A stretch of DNA of 63,095 bases, filler included, from Chrysochromulina tobinii (lineage: Eukaryota), in the NCBI GenBank assembly GCA_001275005.1. It is 7 parts of 7 records of this genome, joined end to end, with 100 filler letters (N's around TTAATTAATTAA, not from the genome) between each part and the next. Parts side by side here need not be neighbours in the genome. Positions count along the whole stretch, not along the records: positions 33,372 to 44,273 come from JWZX01000835.1; positions 44,374 to 50,924 come from JWZX01000836.1; 5 more parts are not named here. One strand, written 5' to 3'. Positions 35,348 through 45,916 of this stretch are shown here, in pieces. Each line of letters starts with the position of its first letter. Within the stretch, counting starts at the first letter, position 1. A program made the position numbers and the translations under genes. The notes below the pieces were generated by a model. That model saw only the letters and a program-made list of their open reading frames with translations, was not told the DNA's origin and searched no databases.

Positions 35348-35700
35348 TGGCGCGTGGCTTTGTGGGCACAGTTCAGCGAGCCGCCCTTATCGGTATCCGG
35401 AAGCGGCGACGGCGGGGGCAGTGACCACGTGAGAGCAATCGTGTGGGCGCGTGCGGTGCCGAGCTGAGGCCTGAGCCCTGCTGAACTTCGGCTCCCCGTT
35501 GCCCATCGCAGCACTGAGTTTCTGCGGGCGAGCTACCTCCATGCTAGTTTGTGTACACAGTACAGTTGCGTCGTGGGAACAGGGAGCAGGCATGGACGTG
35601 AGCAGGGACACTCTAGTCTCCTACGTCTGTTCGTACGTCGTTAGTACGTCCTACGTCGCATGGTACGTCGATGCTTTTTAGGAAGGCTCGCGAAGGAACC

Positions 35701-35792
35701 CGTGAAACGTGAAACTACTCCAGGGTCTCCCGGCTCACGTGAAACTACTCCAGGGTGAGCCGGGAGACCCTGGAGTAGTTTCACGTTTCACG
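35701..35792. repeat. Perfect 38-bp inverted repeat with 16-nt loop
   Basis: 35701-35738 is the exact reverse complement of 35755-35792. Confidence 0.95.
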
Positions 35793-35875
35793 TGACCCTG
35801 GAGAGTTTGAACCGATTTGCACTTGTGAATTTCTCTTCATCAGGACTTCATGAGGCGGCAGTGGAGGCCGTGCCG

Positions 35876-37822
35876 ATGGACGCCTATAAGATTGAGCCGA
35901 CGTTCTCGCGCTTAGTCATGCTCGCTGCGCTGTACGGCGTGGACGCGTCCGTGATCGCCGTGGACTGTGAGAGCACTGCACCTGCTTCCGATGAGACAAG
36001 GCGCCCTTCGCTCCTTGAATGGCTCATCCTGGCGCCAGGCAGCGCAGCAGCGGCAGCAGCTGAGCAGCTCCACCGTGAGGCGGAGGACTTCAAGGCTCGC
36101 ACAGCGGTGGCGGTGGCGGCCGCAGCATCAGCAGTAGCGCCCTCCGTCACATGCGGCGCAGCTGTGAGTGGCGATGATGCACCTGCGGCTGCAGCCGGTG
36201 CTACAGGTGCCGCTGCCGGCTCCACCGAGCCCCCCTCGCAAAGCTCATCCTCCGGTGGCTCGACGGCGCTCGGCCACCAAGCCGCTCCGATTGGCGCCGC
36301 AAGCATGTCACCGTGCGGTGCGGGCGGCGTACCCGCCGACGGCAGCGGCGAGTGCTCGCAGCCTGCTGCCCTCGAGGGCTCCCCGTCGGGCTCGGCGAGC
36401 GGTGGCGGCGGCGGTTCGCAGCCTCACCCGTCGCCACTGGGTTCGCAGCCTCACCCGTCGCCACTGGGCTCGGCAGCGGCGGCGCCGACGACCGACGAGG
36501 AGCCGCTTGAGGATGCGGCGGCGGCGGAGGCGGCGGCTGTAGCCGCGGCGCTGGCGGCCGAAGAGATTCGTCAGCCGGATTCGTCAGCAAGGGAAGAGAT
36601 TCGTCAGCCGGATTCGTCAGCAAGGGATCGAGGCTCGAGCATGACGGCGGCGCATGCGGCGGCCGCTGCGACGGAGGCGGCGGCTGCTACAGAGGCGCTG
36701 GCTGCAGAGGTGGCGGGCGCGCGCGAGCCGTCACATTCCCACAGCTGCTCGACAACCTCCGACGGGGCAAGCGGCGCTCAAGGCGGCGCGGCCGTTGACG
36801 GCGTGTCGCCGAATGCGCCCGCGACAACGCCGGCGGCTCCGCGCGCCATGCTGAGCGCCATGCTGCCGCCACTGCCAGCCCTCTCAGGCGGCATGCAAGA
36901 GGAGGAGGAGGAGGCCATCGAGGAGGCGGTGGAGAAGGCCGTGGACGGTGAGCACGAGGACGGTCCGCCACCGCCCAAGCGCCGAGCCACCGGCGCCGAT
37001 CGTGCACCCAAACTAGGAGGCGGCGCTGCCCGCGTCGGGGCGAGCGGCAGCGTGCTTGGGACGGCGCTCGGGACGGCCGCAGCGGAACCATCGGAAACGG
37101 GGACAAGGCAGGCGGCGCAGGCGGCGGCGGCGGAGGTGCAGGCGGCAGCGGAGGCGCAGGCGGCAGCGGTGGCGCAGGCCACGGCGTTGCTGCGCAACGC
37201 GTCCGTAGCGCTCAGGGCGGCGCGTCGCCTCGAGGCGGGCATGGGGGGCGCGGAGTGGAACTGGACGTATGGGGTGGAGGAGGCGCTCACGGCAGCGCGC
37301 CAAACGCAGGCGGCCGACGGCGAGGCATGCTATCGCTTGCTTGCGGCGGAGGCTTGCCGACGAAGCTTCCAGTGGCGGTGGCAGGCGACGCCGCTGGCGG
37401 AGTCCGTACAGGCCGTCAAGGCAGAGATCGCATCACTCGGCGCGCGCGCTCACGAACTTGCGACCTTCGCCGCCCTCCGCACCGTCCCGAGTGCGAGCCA
37501 TGCTGCCACGACCTCGACTCCGGACGTCGCCCAACCCGCCGCGCGCGCCCCGTCCTTCGAATTCGATCTGCGTGCCCTGTGGGGAAGTGCCCCCTGGGGA
37601 CTGCCGCCGAATGGGTCACGGCAGTTGGCCTCTGGCACCCTCGAAGCCACTCGTCGCTCGTCTGCCGCGCTCGCCGAAGAGCGCGCCGTGCTGGGCGTCA
37701 AGCAGGAGCTTTGGCGCGGCCTCCTGCGCGAGCTTGAGCATCACCACGCGGCACTCACCTTTCTAGAGCGCTATCCCGAGCGCACCAAGCCCCTATACAG
37801 CTCGAAGCGTGACTTAGTCTAG
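35876..37822 (+). CDS. Hypothetical low-complexity Ala-rich protein with NLS-like PPPKRR
   Basis: Long ORF with short in-frame internal duplications; no family recognised. Confidence 0.5.
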   Translation: MDAYKIEPTFSRLVMLAALYGVDASVIAVDCESTAPASDETRRPSLLEWLILAPGSAAAAAAEQLHREAEDFKARTAVAVAAAASAVAPSVTCGAAVSGDDAPAAAAGATGAAAGSTEPPSQSSSSGGSTALGHQAAPIGAASMSPCGAGGVPADGSGECSQPAALEGSPSGSASGGGGGSQPHPSPLGSQPHPSPLGSAAAAPTTDEEPLEDAAAAEAAAVAAALAAEEIRQPDSSAREEIRQPDSSARDRGSSMTAAHAAAAATEAAAATEALAAEVAGAREPSHSHSCSTTSDGASGAQGGAAVDGVSPNAPATTPAAPRAMLSAMLPPLPALSGGMQEEEEEAIEEAVEKAVDGEHEDGPPPPKRRATGADRAPKLGGGAARVGASGSVLGTALGTAAAEPSETGTRQAAQAAAAEVQAAAEAQAAAVAQATALLRNASVALRAARRLEAGMGGAEWNWTYGVEEALTAARQTQAADGEACYRLLAAEACRRSFQWRWQATPLAESVQAVKAEIASLGARAHELATFAALRTVPSASHAATTSTPDVAQPAARAPSFEFDLRALWGSAPWGLPPNGSRQLASGTLEATRRSSAALAEERAVLGVKQELWRGLLRELEHHHAALTFLERYPERTKPLYSSKRDLV

Positions 37823-38743
37823 GGCCCGTGCGGGGCCGCCGGGCTTGGCGTTCCCGTTCGGCCGGCGTTGGGGTTGCGCCCGTCTGCCCGTCGGCGCAAG
37901 AGCTATAGAACACACAATTGTGTGCGTCGTGGTGAAGGGCGCGCTCCGTAGAGCGGCCCACGAGACGCCAGCGACTAGATCCGAAAATAGCTTAACTTAG
38001 TATACATACCAGAGTTCCATCATCCAAACGTGTTCGGCCAGCCGCCCATCTCCTCATCCAGCAAGTCTTGCAGCGCCACTGCCGCGTGCGTGCTCGGCCG
38101 TATGGTGCGCGAGTGCATCAGCCCGTCGATCTGCCAAAGCTCGTTGCGTCGCTGCTCGCGCTGCGCCGCGTCGAGAGTCAGGCGTCGATCCCAGGCCATC
38201 ATGCGGCACTGCGGGCGCGTGAAGCCCGCACGCGACAGTGCTCGCCCAAGCAGCCGGCGGCTGCGGAGGACGAGCTGCTGCACCGACTGACGGCCGCGTA
38301 ACGGCAACGCGACGATGACGAGGCCAATCTGTGCGCCGCTAGAGAGCGCTCTGCGCAAACCGAGTGCACTCGGTTGAGCTGGGGCCATGGCAGTCGCCTT
38401 GGAGAGGTACGGATCTGAACGGGCGAGGCCGACGCGGCGGAGGCCCGTGCTGGCCACGCATAGCACCTCCGTGTACGGCGGCATTGATGCGAGGAGCCGC
38501 CCGGCCATGCGCGGCGGTGCGAGCATTGTCGTCCGATCGATGCCGCCTTCGCCAACCACGACAGACCGCGACCCGAAGGAACGCGAAAAGGTATACTTTG
38601 CAAGACCTGGAGCAGGCATGCAATACAAAGCGAGCGCGTCGTGTTGAGCATTTCTGTTTAGGAGGACGAGCGCCCACAAGGACGAGCGCCCAGGTCCACT
38701 AGCCCTCGGGCTCTGCGGTCGCTCGCCCGCTCGCGTCCCCACA

Positions 38744-39829
38744 ATGCACAAGCCATCGACCCGAAATATGCTGCCGCAGGAGTTTGGCTTCTCGCCGGGC
38801 ACCTCGCTCATCGGCGGCTTCGGCACCACGGCCGCGCGCTTGGGCAGGCCCGACTATGCGCCGGAGCCATACACTCCAGGCCCGGGCGCCTACCACACGG
38901 CAAGGAGCACAATTCAGACGAGGACGAACCGACGTGTAGACGATCTGAAGATGAATCGGACGGGCTGGGGTAGCGACAAGGGCCACGTGCTCCAGCTCGC
39001 CGCCGGTGGCCTCAATCCGGGTCCAGGAACGTATGGCGAGGAGCAGCACCCGATGGGTGACATTTTGACCGAGATGCGGCGCTCGTGGCCGGGCGTGAAT
39101 TCGATGTCGGGCTTCGGCACGAACGCGAGCCTGCCTACACTGAGCAAGGCGTCCAAGTCGAACGAGCCTGGCCCGGGCCAGTACGACGTGCTGAACGCCT
39201 CGCACTTCGTCACGCGCACGCGCGGCGGCCAGCTGGACCCATATCAGGGCGCCGCGCGCGCGGCGACGGGCTCGCGGAGGACGCGCGACACGGACTCGAA
39301 GCGGTACGCAAGCTTCGCGTCTACGCGCCCCGCACACAAGTTGCCCGCGTCTGGCAACTCCGAGGCCGCCATCGACGCACCTACGGACTTCCCGGCCCCG
39401 AACGCGTACCTGCCAACGTACTACATGATGGCGACGAAGCAAGCGCGCACGAAACTGAGCGTGGCGATGCGGCACGAGGGCGCGAGCGGCGTGTGCTTCG
39501 ACACGAGCGCCAAGAAGTTCATGCCCATGGCCGATGCATGCGTCCCCGATCCCGCCAACCCTGGGCCCGGTGCGCATACCATCCCTCGGTTCAACGGCGA
39601 GCGCCCCTCCATGCGCCGACCGCAGCCGACAACGCCCGCGACTGGATTCCTCGTGAGGGCGCAGCGCTTCGGCGGCGGCGGCGGCTCGGGCGCACACGCG
39701 GCCACCGACCCGGACGCCGTGCTCGCCTTCCTCGCGTACGGGCCGATGGGCTCCGCGGGGCGGCCTGTGCATGCACAGCAGGCGGGCGCGATCATCGCCT
39801 CGCGCGCCGCCGCGAGGAGCGCGGTATGA
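38744..39829 (+). CDS. SHIPPO/STPG (PG-rich) repeat flagellar protein
   Basis: PGPGAY, PGPGTY, PGPGQY, PAPNAY and PGPGAH motifs. Confidence 0.78.
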   Translation: MHKPSTRNMLPQEFGFSPGTSLIGGFGTTAARLGRPDYAPEPYTPGPGAYHTARSTIQTRTNRRVDDLKMNRTGWGSDKGHVLQLAAGGLNPGPGTYGEEQHPMGDILTEMRRSWPGVNSMSGFGTNASLPTLSKASKSNEPGPGQYDVLNASHFVTRTRGGQLDPYQGAARAATGSRRTRDTDSKRYASFASTRPAHKLPASGNSEAAIDAPTDFPAPNAYLPTYYMMATKQARTKLSVAMRHEGASGVCFDTSAKKFMPMADACVPDPANPGPGAHTIPRFNGERPSMRRPQPTTPATGFLVRAQRFGGGGGSGAHAATDPDAVLAFLAYGPMGSAGRPVHAQQAGAIIASRAAARSAV

Positions 39830-39965
39830 CGGCTGCAGCGTTTCCGCCGCCGTGCATTAAGCAACAGTTCTCAGGGCGCAGGTCCCTCTCTAGTTGGGCA
39901 AACTGTACGAAAAAGGCAACTCCTCTCATCGAATATTCACCTGCCCAAAAGCGCGATCGGTTGGA

Positions 39966-40826
39966 ATGGCGCCCCCTTCTACCCAACGCACGTCAGCAGC
40001 GCACGATGCTTTCCAGATGGAGCTCGAGGATGAGCTGCGCCTGCCGACGACCGAGCGCATGCTCGCCGCCTTTGGCGGACGCCTCCGCTGCTTCGAGCGT
40101 TTCCTGCTGTCCCGGCAGTATGATGTGGCCCAGGCAGCCGAGGCCTTCCGCTTGACAGCCGCCTTTCGGCGCAGCCACGGCCTCGACGGGGAGGCTGCAT
40201 ACGATATCTCTGAGGAGCTCCGCGTGCGTGTCAGCGCCCTTTGGCCAGCGACCTACTGCGGCACGACGGCGGATGGCTCACCTGTACAGGTACTGCGCCT
40301 GGGCAAGCTCGACCCGAATGCCATGCTCGAGGTGAGCGACGAGGAGTTCGCGGCGTACTACATCTGGTGGATGGAGGGCTCGCTGCGCTTGCAGGTGGAG
40401 GCATACGCGCGCTCGGCACCGCCGGCGAGCGGTCTGGTTGATGTCTACGATTGCAGTGGCCTCGGGTTTGCAGCATTCACGCGCGTGCAGCCCATGCTCG
40501 CTCGCGTCCTCTCGATCGGCAAACAGTACTATCCCGAAAACCTGCGCACGGCGGTCATCGTACGCGCGCCGCTCGGTTTCGCATCCGCTTGGTCGCTCGT
40601 GAGCAACGTCCTCTCCGAACGAACGGTCGCCAAGTTTGACATTCGGAGCGACGACGGTAAGCAGCCGCTGCTAGAGCTGCTTGGCTCCGAGGAGCGGCTG
40701 CTCGCCCTGCAAGCGGCCATGGGGCGGCCGAGCAGCTTGGCATCCTCGAGCCACGCGGACCACGCATCGGGAGCGGCGGCCGACATGGGTTGGGGCTCGT
40801 GGGCGCTCTCGAAGGTGACGGGCTGA
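39966..40826 (+). CDS. CRAL-TRIO/Sec14 lipid-binding protein
   Basis: RFLLSRQYDVAQA, DGSPV, VYDCSGLG, YYPENLRTAVIVRAP..F..AWSLV..LSERTVAKF. Confidence 0.88.
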   Translation: MAPPSTQRTSAAHDAFQMELEDELRLPTTERMLAAFGGRLRCFERFLLSRQYDVAQAAEAFRLTAAFRRSHGLDGEAAYDISEELRVRVSALWPATYCGTTADGSPVQVLRLGKLDPNAMLEVSDEEFAAYYIWWMEGSLRLQVEAYARSAPPASGLVDVYDCSGLGFAAFTRVQPMLARVLSIGKQYYPENLRTAVIVRAPLGFASAWSLVSNVLSERTVAKFDIRSDDGKQPLLELLGSEERLLALQAAMGRPSSLASSSHADHASGAAADMGWGSWALSKVTG

Positions 40827-41612
40827 CCTTATTAGGCGAGCCCCAAACCCGAGCACCGAGCATGCCCCTGCTCAGCTGGTGGTCGCGGCGGCAGAGTGCT
40901 ACGGGCGCATGGCAGCAAAACGCTCGGTACGCGAGACGCGGCACTCACAGAGGGTTCACAGTGGGATCAAGCCTTGACCGCTGACATGAGAGAACAGCGT
41001 CTCTCGCGTCTCGGAAATCTCAAATCGTGATACTGGTGAAGCACTGAAGCTCAAGCTGATTCCGGTCCGAGTATATTAGACGCAGTTATTAATTGCGCGA
41101 TTCATGTCTCCTTTTATTTCGATTCCCCTATGTAAGACAACGATTAGCTGCGGGAGGGCGGGGCTTAGACCTTAGTCGGGCGCGCCCCGTTGCGCCCCTT
41201 ACGAGGCTTAGGCCTTAGCCGCGCTTACATGGTTACAACCCCTTACGGGGCGCCCGCGCCCCGAGCGGGCCGAAGTCCGTTCGGTTAATCGCTCGTATCC
41301 GGAATTCGTTTCGAACTTACGATGCCGTGCCGAGCAAGCCCGTCAAGCGAGCTCTCGAGTACTCTGAGTCAGAGCCGTGTGAAGCCGAGCTCCTCGCCGG
41401 GAGGGGTTAGGGAGGGCGATCACACTGTGGATCACAGACGTAGTTTCTGTGATTCGGTCCTCTCTCTCGGAATTGAAGCTCCCAGAGCTTCAAGTCTGTG
41501 ATTCGAGCCTCTTTCTCGGACGCCCCGCCCCCGGTTCTCCGAGCAGCGGGCACACGCCCCTCTGTGCATGACTCTGGCGTCTGGGGGATCGGACGTTCGC
41601 TACGAGTTCGCG

Positions 41613-42859
41613 TCACGGGCAGAGGAGCGGCCTCGCGCGGCGCACGAGCTGCGCGCAGCGCGCGGGCGGGAGCGGCTTGGCTTGGCGTCGCAGTCGGCGT
41701 GCCTCGTGCCCCGTCAGCCCGCGCGCCAAATTGACCCCGATCGATGCGAGCAACGCGAGACAACTCAAGCACACGAGGGCCGCATAGGCAGCGCTGACCG
41801 CCTCGAGACCCCAGCGCTGCGCGTCCCACGCCAGCTGTGCGCACAGAGCGGCTTGCACGCCCGTTGCACCGGCGAAGCAGAGGAGCCCACGCACAAATGC
41901 GCCGAGATTGTGAGCTCCGATGCAGGCGTCCAGCCAGATGCAGTGGTGATCGTAACCGACGACCGTCGCGCCACACAGCATGCATCGAGTGCCCATGGCA
42001 GCGCCCGCGGCGGCGGCGCGATTGCCAAAAGCCCTGGCGCGCTCAGAGGCGCCTCCACGCGCCTCCTCCGCCGCTTCCACCATCTCCTCCGCCGTCTCCT
42101 CCGCCTCTGCCATCGCCTCCGCCGACTCCCATAACAGCTCCTCACCGCTGTCATTGCCCACAACCTCTAGAGGCGTCTCGCCCCGTGAGTGCTTCAGGAG
42201 CGGGTCGCGCACCTCGGAAGCACACACGGCGGCGCCCATGTGGAGCACCGCGGACAGCAGCCACAGGCCAAACGGCACGCGCTCGCCCATCCGCACCGTG
42301 AACAACAGGTTGCCCTGCGCGCCGTGAGGGAGGCACACGGGGACGCACCGTCAGCCAGTGTGGCGAGGCACGCGCGGATGGGACGACGCGGATGGGACGC
42401 GTGCGCTGCATCTTCGAGACTAGAGCGCACGAAGGCAAACGAAGTGGTCGTCCACGCGCAGAAGAAGCGCGAGCGCCTGCGGGCGACCAGTGCGGCATGG
42501 TGCATGAAGGCAAGCAACGGCAGCAGCGCCACGAACACGAAAAAGGCCTGAGATGAGCTGCCTGTCGCGACCAGCCACAGCACAGGGACGGCGATGACAG
42601 CGAGCAGGCCGTCGAAGCCGAGGTGGACAGCCCCGTTGTAGTTGGGCATCCGTATCCGATCGTCGAGGTCTGCGATCAGTTGCCTGAGCGGCTGAGGTGT
42701 GCACGTCATGACGCTCTCAGCAAGGCCGTCGCTCGCGCTCAAATCCATAAGGTGCGAGCGCTTGCCGTGGCGGTCGATGAATTCGCAGCAGCAGAAGAGC
42801 GGCCGACCGTCGTCATAGACCACGTCCTGCATTTCACGCCGTACTCGCGCGTCGGGCAT
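41613..42859 (-). CDS. DHHC palmitoyltransferase; probable intron 42315-42430
   Basis: CMLCGATVVGYDHHCIWLDACIGAHNLGAF, TM segments and GLTGHE. Confidence 0.85.
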
Positions 42860-43100
42860 TGCAGCCAACTATACCGGTACCATGCCCGGCGCAGCGCTTG
42901 ATTCCGATCGCTGGTTGCATCGATAGTGTGGGCGTTGCTGGCTGACAACTCGCTTCGACGCGATGCATGCGTGAACCAGGTTGACCGCGAGACGTTTTTT
43001 GCGTGCCGACGAGAAGATGGCGAATTGGGTTTGGGTGGACGCTTTGAAGTGGACGGGTGGGCCCGGCCCCGCTTAAACCAGGCTTAGCCCCAGGCCCAAG

Positions 43101-44273
43101 ATGTTGCGACGCCCACCACCGTTCCCCGAGCCATCTCCACCGCCACCACCCTGGCCAACCCCACCGCCACCGGTCCAGCCACCTTCAAGGCCTCCACGTC
43201 CGCCACCGCCCCCTCAACCTGAGCCTCCCGAGCCCTCACCACCTCTACCGTCGCCGCCATCGCCGCCGCCGCCGTCTCCTCTGTGCGTCGCAACGATTGA
43301 GTTTCGAACTCAATCCTAACCGACCGTATACCGACCGATCTCTGCTCCTCGCTCACGTGTGCTTGTACACGTGTGTGATGCTGTGTGATCCCACCGCTCG
43401 CAGACCACCTCCTCCTCCATCTCCTCCTCCTCCATCTCCTCGTCCGCCGCCACCACCATCTCCTCCTCCTCCTTCACCACCACCTCCGTACGCAAGCAGA
43501 CAAACATGCCCTGCACGTCCTCTGCTGTGGCCTGTCCACACTCCTTGTACATGTAGACTTGTTGCACACGGCCTTCTTTTGCACGGTCTTGGCCCTCTTG
43601 CTGCCATCCTCCCTGCAAGCTCAGAGCGCGTATGCCTATTGGCTCATTTGAATCCCGCTATCCGCGCTCGTGTGCTTGAGTGCCGTTGTGCGCTGTGGTG
43701 GATGTTATGGTGGATGCATGTCCTGACTCTCTTGCTATGTTCACTGCTGCCTAAACTGTTGCCCACAGGCCGCCTCCATCGCCGCCACCGCGTCCGCCAC
43801 CACCGTCGCCGCCACCGCCGTCGCCGCCACCGCATCCGCCGCCGACGTCGCCATCTCCACTGCCGCCACCGCCCTCGCCGCCACCGCCCTTGCCACCTCC
43901 AAGACCACCACCTACCCCTCCTCCACCACAGCCACCGCCACCCTCACCGCCGCCGCCCTCGCCGCCACCGCTGACTCCCCCGTCATGGCCACCGCCGCCT
44001 TCGCCCCCGCCGCCGCCCCCGCCCTCGCCGCCCCCGCCCTTCCCCCCCGACTGTGCGGCCGTGCTCGAGACGCCCGTCGCCGCCGACGGCCACACCTGCC
44101 GTGAACATCTCGGGATCCCCTTTGTGCTACCGAATGGGATTGGCGGATTGAACTCCGCAGGTTGCAGTGGGCACGGATGCAACTATAGCTTCGAGCAGCT
44201 GGCCAATGCCTATCCCGAGTGCCGGTGGTGCCATCCGGAGCATAACCAGCCACGTGGACCGCCGCCGCCCGCG
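43101..44273 (+). CDS. Fragmentary poly-proline (SPPPP) surface protein, multi-exon, runs into gap
   Basis: Pro-rich exon-like blocks separated by intron-like sequence; Cys-containing segment near 44050-44240. Confidence 0.5.
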
Positions 44274-44373
44274 NNNNNNNNNNNNNNNNNNNNNNNNNNN
44301 NNNNNNNNNNNNNNNNNTTAATTAATTAANNNNNNNNNNNNNNNNNNNNNNNNNNNNNNNNNNNNNNNNNNNN

Positions 44374-45544
44374 CGGCGGTGGCGGCGGCGACGGCGAGGG
44401 CGGCGGCGGTGAGGGCGTAGGCGGTGACGACGGGCACGCCAAGAAGTAGGTGGTATAGCACGTGCATCCACATGCTATGCATGGGATCCTGGTTGGCGAT
44501 GATGCAGTGATTATGTTTCTCTTTGTGGCGCAGTGGCCGTTGCCACTTGCGTAAGAAAAGGAGTGACACAGCGAGTCAGCAAGACAGCTGGCCTTGCAGG
44601 TGTCAAGCGAAAAAAAGCCGCCACTGTTCCCTGCTGGCTCTTCGACAGCGGCAAGGAGGCCAAGGGTCTGCCATGTTGCTGCAGAGCGATCGCACGGCAA
44701 GTTGATACGCGGGCGGCGGCGGCGAGGGCGAGGGCGGCGGGGGCGAGGGTGGCAGCGGCGAGGGCGACGGCGAGGAGGCGGCGGCGGCTCCGGCTCCAAA
44801 CTGGACCTCTCTAAGGTAGCATTGGAACATCGCCTGAGAATCTGTGTTCGCGTAAGACGTGATGACTACTTGCCAGCGAGATGCGGTCACTGGGCTGCTA
44901 AAGGTGCCATAAGCAAACTCCCCATCGGGGATGGTTGTGAAGTCGGTGTTTGAGCCAGGAACGGTAACAAATGTCCCTGAAGTGTCCGCATACTTGAGGT
45001 GCACCTGCCCGAATCGATAATGGGTGTTGCCTGCAACACGCCATCGAGAAAACGTGTAGCGAGCACCCATCTCAATAGTGTAGGTATATGGCAATGGTTG
45101 GTAATTCGGTCCAGCAAAGTCGATGGAATTTCCAAGCGGGTTCGAGGCCGTGCCATCAAAGGGAGCCGTTATCGTGCAAAGGTTATAGTAGCACGCATAG
45201 GACACGAGTGGCGAATGCTGTGGTACGGTCCAGCTCGAGCCAGCCCCAGAATAATACGTGATTCCGTTGACGGTGCTTACGGAATGGAGGGATGCCGTGG
45301 TACCCGTAGATGAGGAGGTTCCGGCGGCGGGCGGCGGCGGCGAGTTCTGGTTATGAGGGCCACAATCGTAGCAGTCGGTGCCCGAGCTGCAGATGTTGTA
45401 CTCATTTCCGGGGCCGCCGTCGTCGCAGTCACCGTCATAGGCGTAGTTGCACGTGTTCGTGCATTGTCCAACCGTGCCGCTCAGCTGGAGGAGGAGCAGA
45501 ACAAACGTGAGCATCGAGCGGCCCGATGCGAGTGCGGTCGTCAT
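44374..45544 (-). CDS. Surface/secreted protein with CDDGGPG Cys-rich module, discoidin/F5-8-like segment, poly-Pro and apple-like fragment; possible frameshift near 44700; runs into gap
   Basis: Signal MTTALASGRSMLTFVLLLLQLSGTVG; CTNTCNYAYDGDCDDGGPGNEY..C..GTDCYDCG; PVTASRWQVVIT...LREVQF. Confidence 0.7.
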
Positions 45545-45840
45545 TCGTATCTGCGCGAGGTGTTAGGTCGGAAGCGTGGCTCGAGCGTGCTGGACGAGTG
45601 ATGTCGCGAGCGATGGTTTGCGAGCTGCAAGCGAAGCGAGCGCGCGCGTGGGCGCCTCGCTCGCCTTTTTTTGCGTAAAAGCAAAGCGAGCAGCCGTTTT
45701 ACTCGTCGCTCGCTTTCAGCTGAAGTTTCATAACTGACCCCTACAGGCCAGGCGGAACACAGGGCTGGTGTACGGCAGCGTGGTCGTCGCGGAGCCAAAG
45801 GTTTCCACAGGACCAGTGTGGGAGGAGTCGCGATCTTCTT
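45471..45840. repeat. Duplicated upstream region plus signal-peptide segment (second copy at 49476-49870)
   Basis: Near-identical sequence from ACCGTGCCGCTCAGCTGG to GGAGGAGTCGCGA.CTTCTT. Confidence 0.92.
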
Positions 45841-45916
45841 GCCCCCCCCCGGCCTTGAGTGCTTTTGCCGAACATAATTGGGTAGGACCTGCTCTTTGAA
45901 CTACCCCAAGCAACCG

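Noticed and set aside
38020..38829. 269-aa minus-strand ORF
   Set aside because: Overlaps the start of the SHIPPO gene and has no motif. A shorter gene is possible but unsupported.
41150..41270. CTTA/TTAG-rich intergenic segment with imperfect inverted repeat, possibly telomeric or an ncRNA
   Set aside because: No true (TTAGGG)n array and no recognisable RNA family structure.
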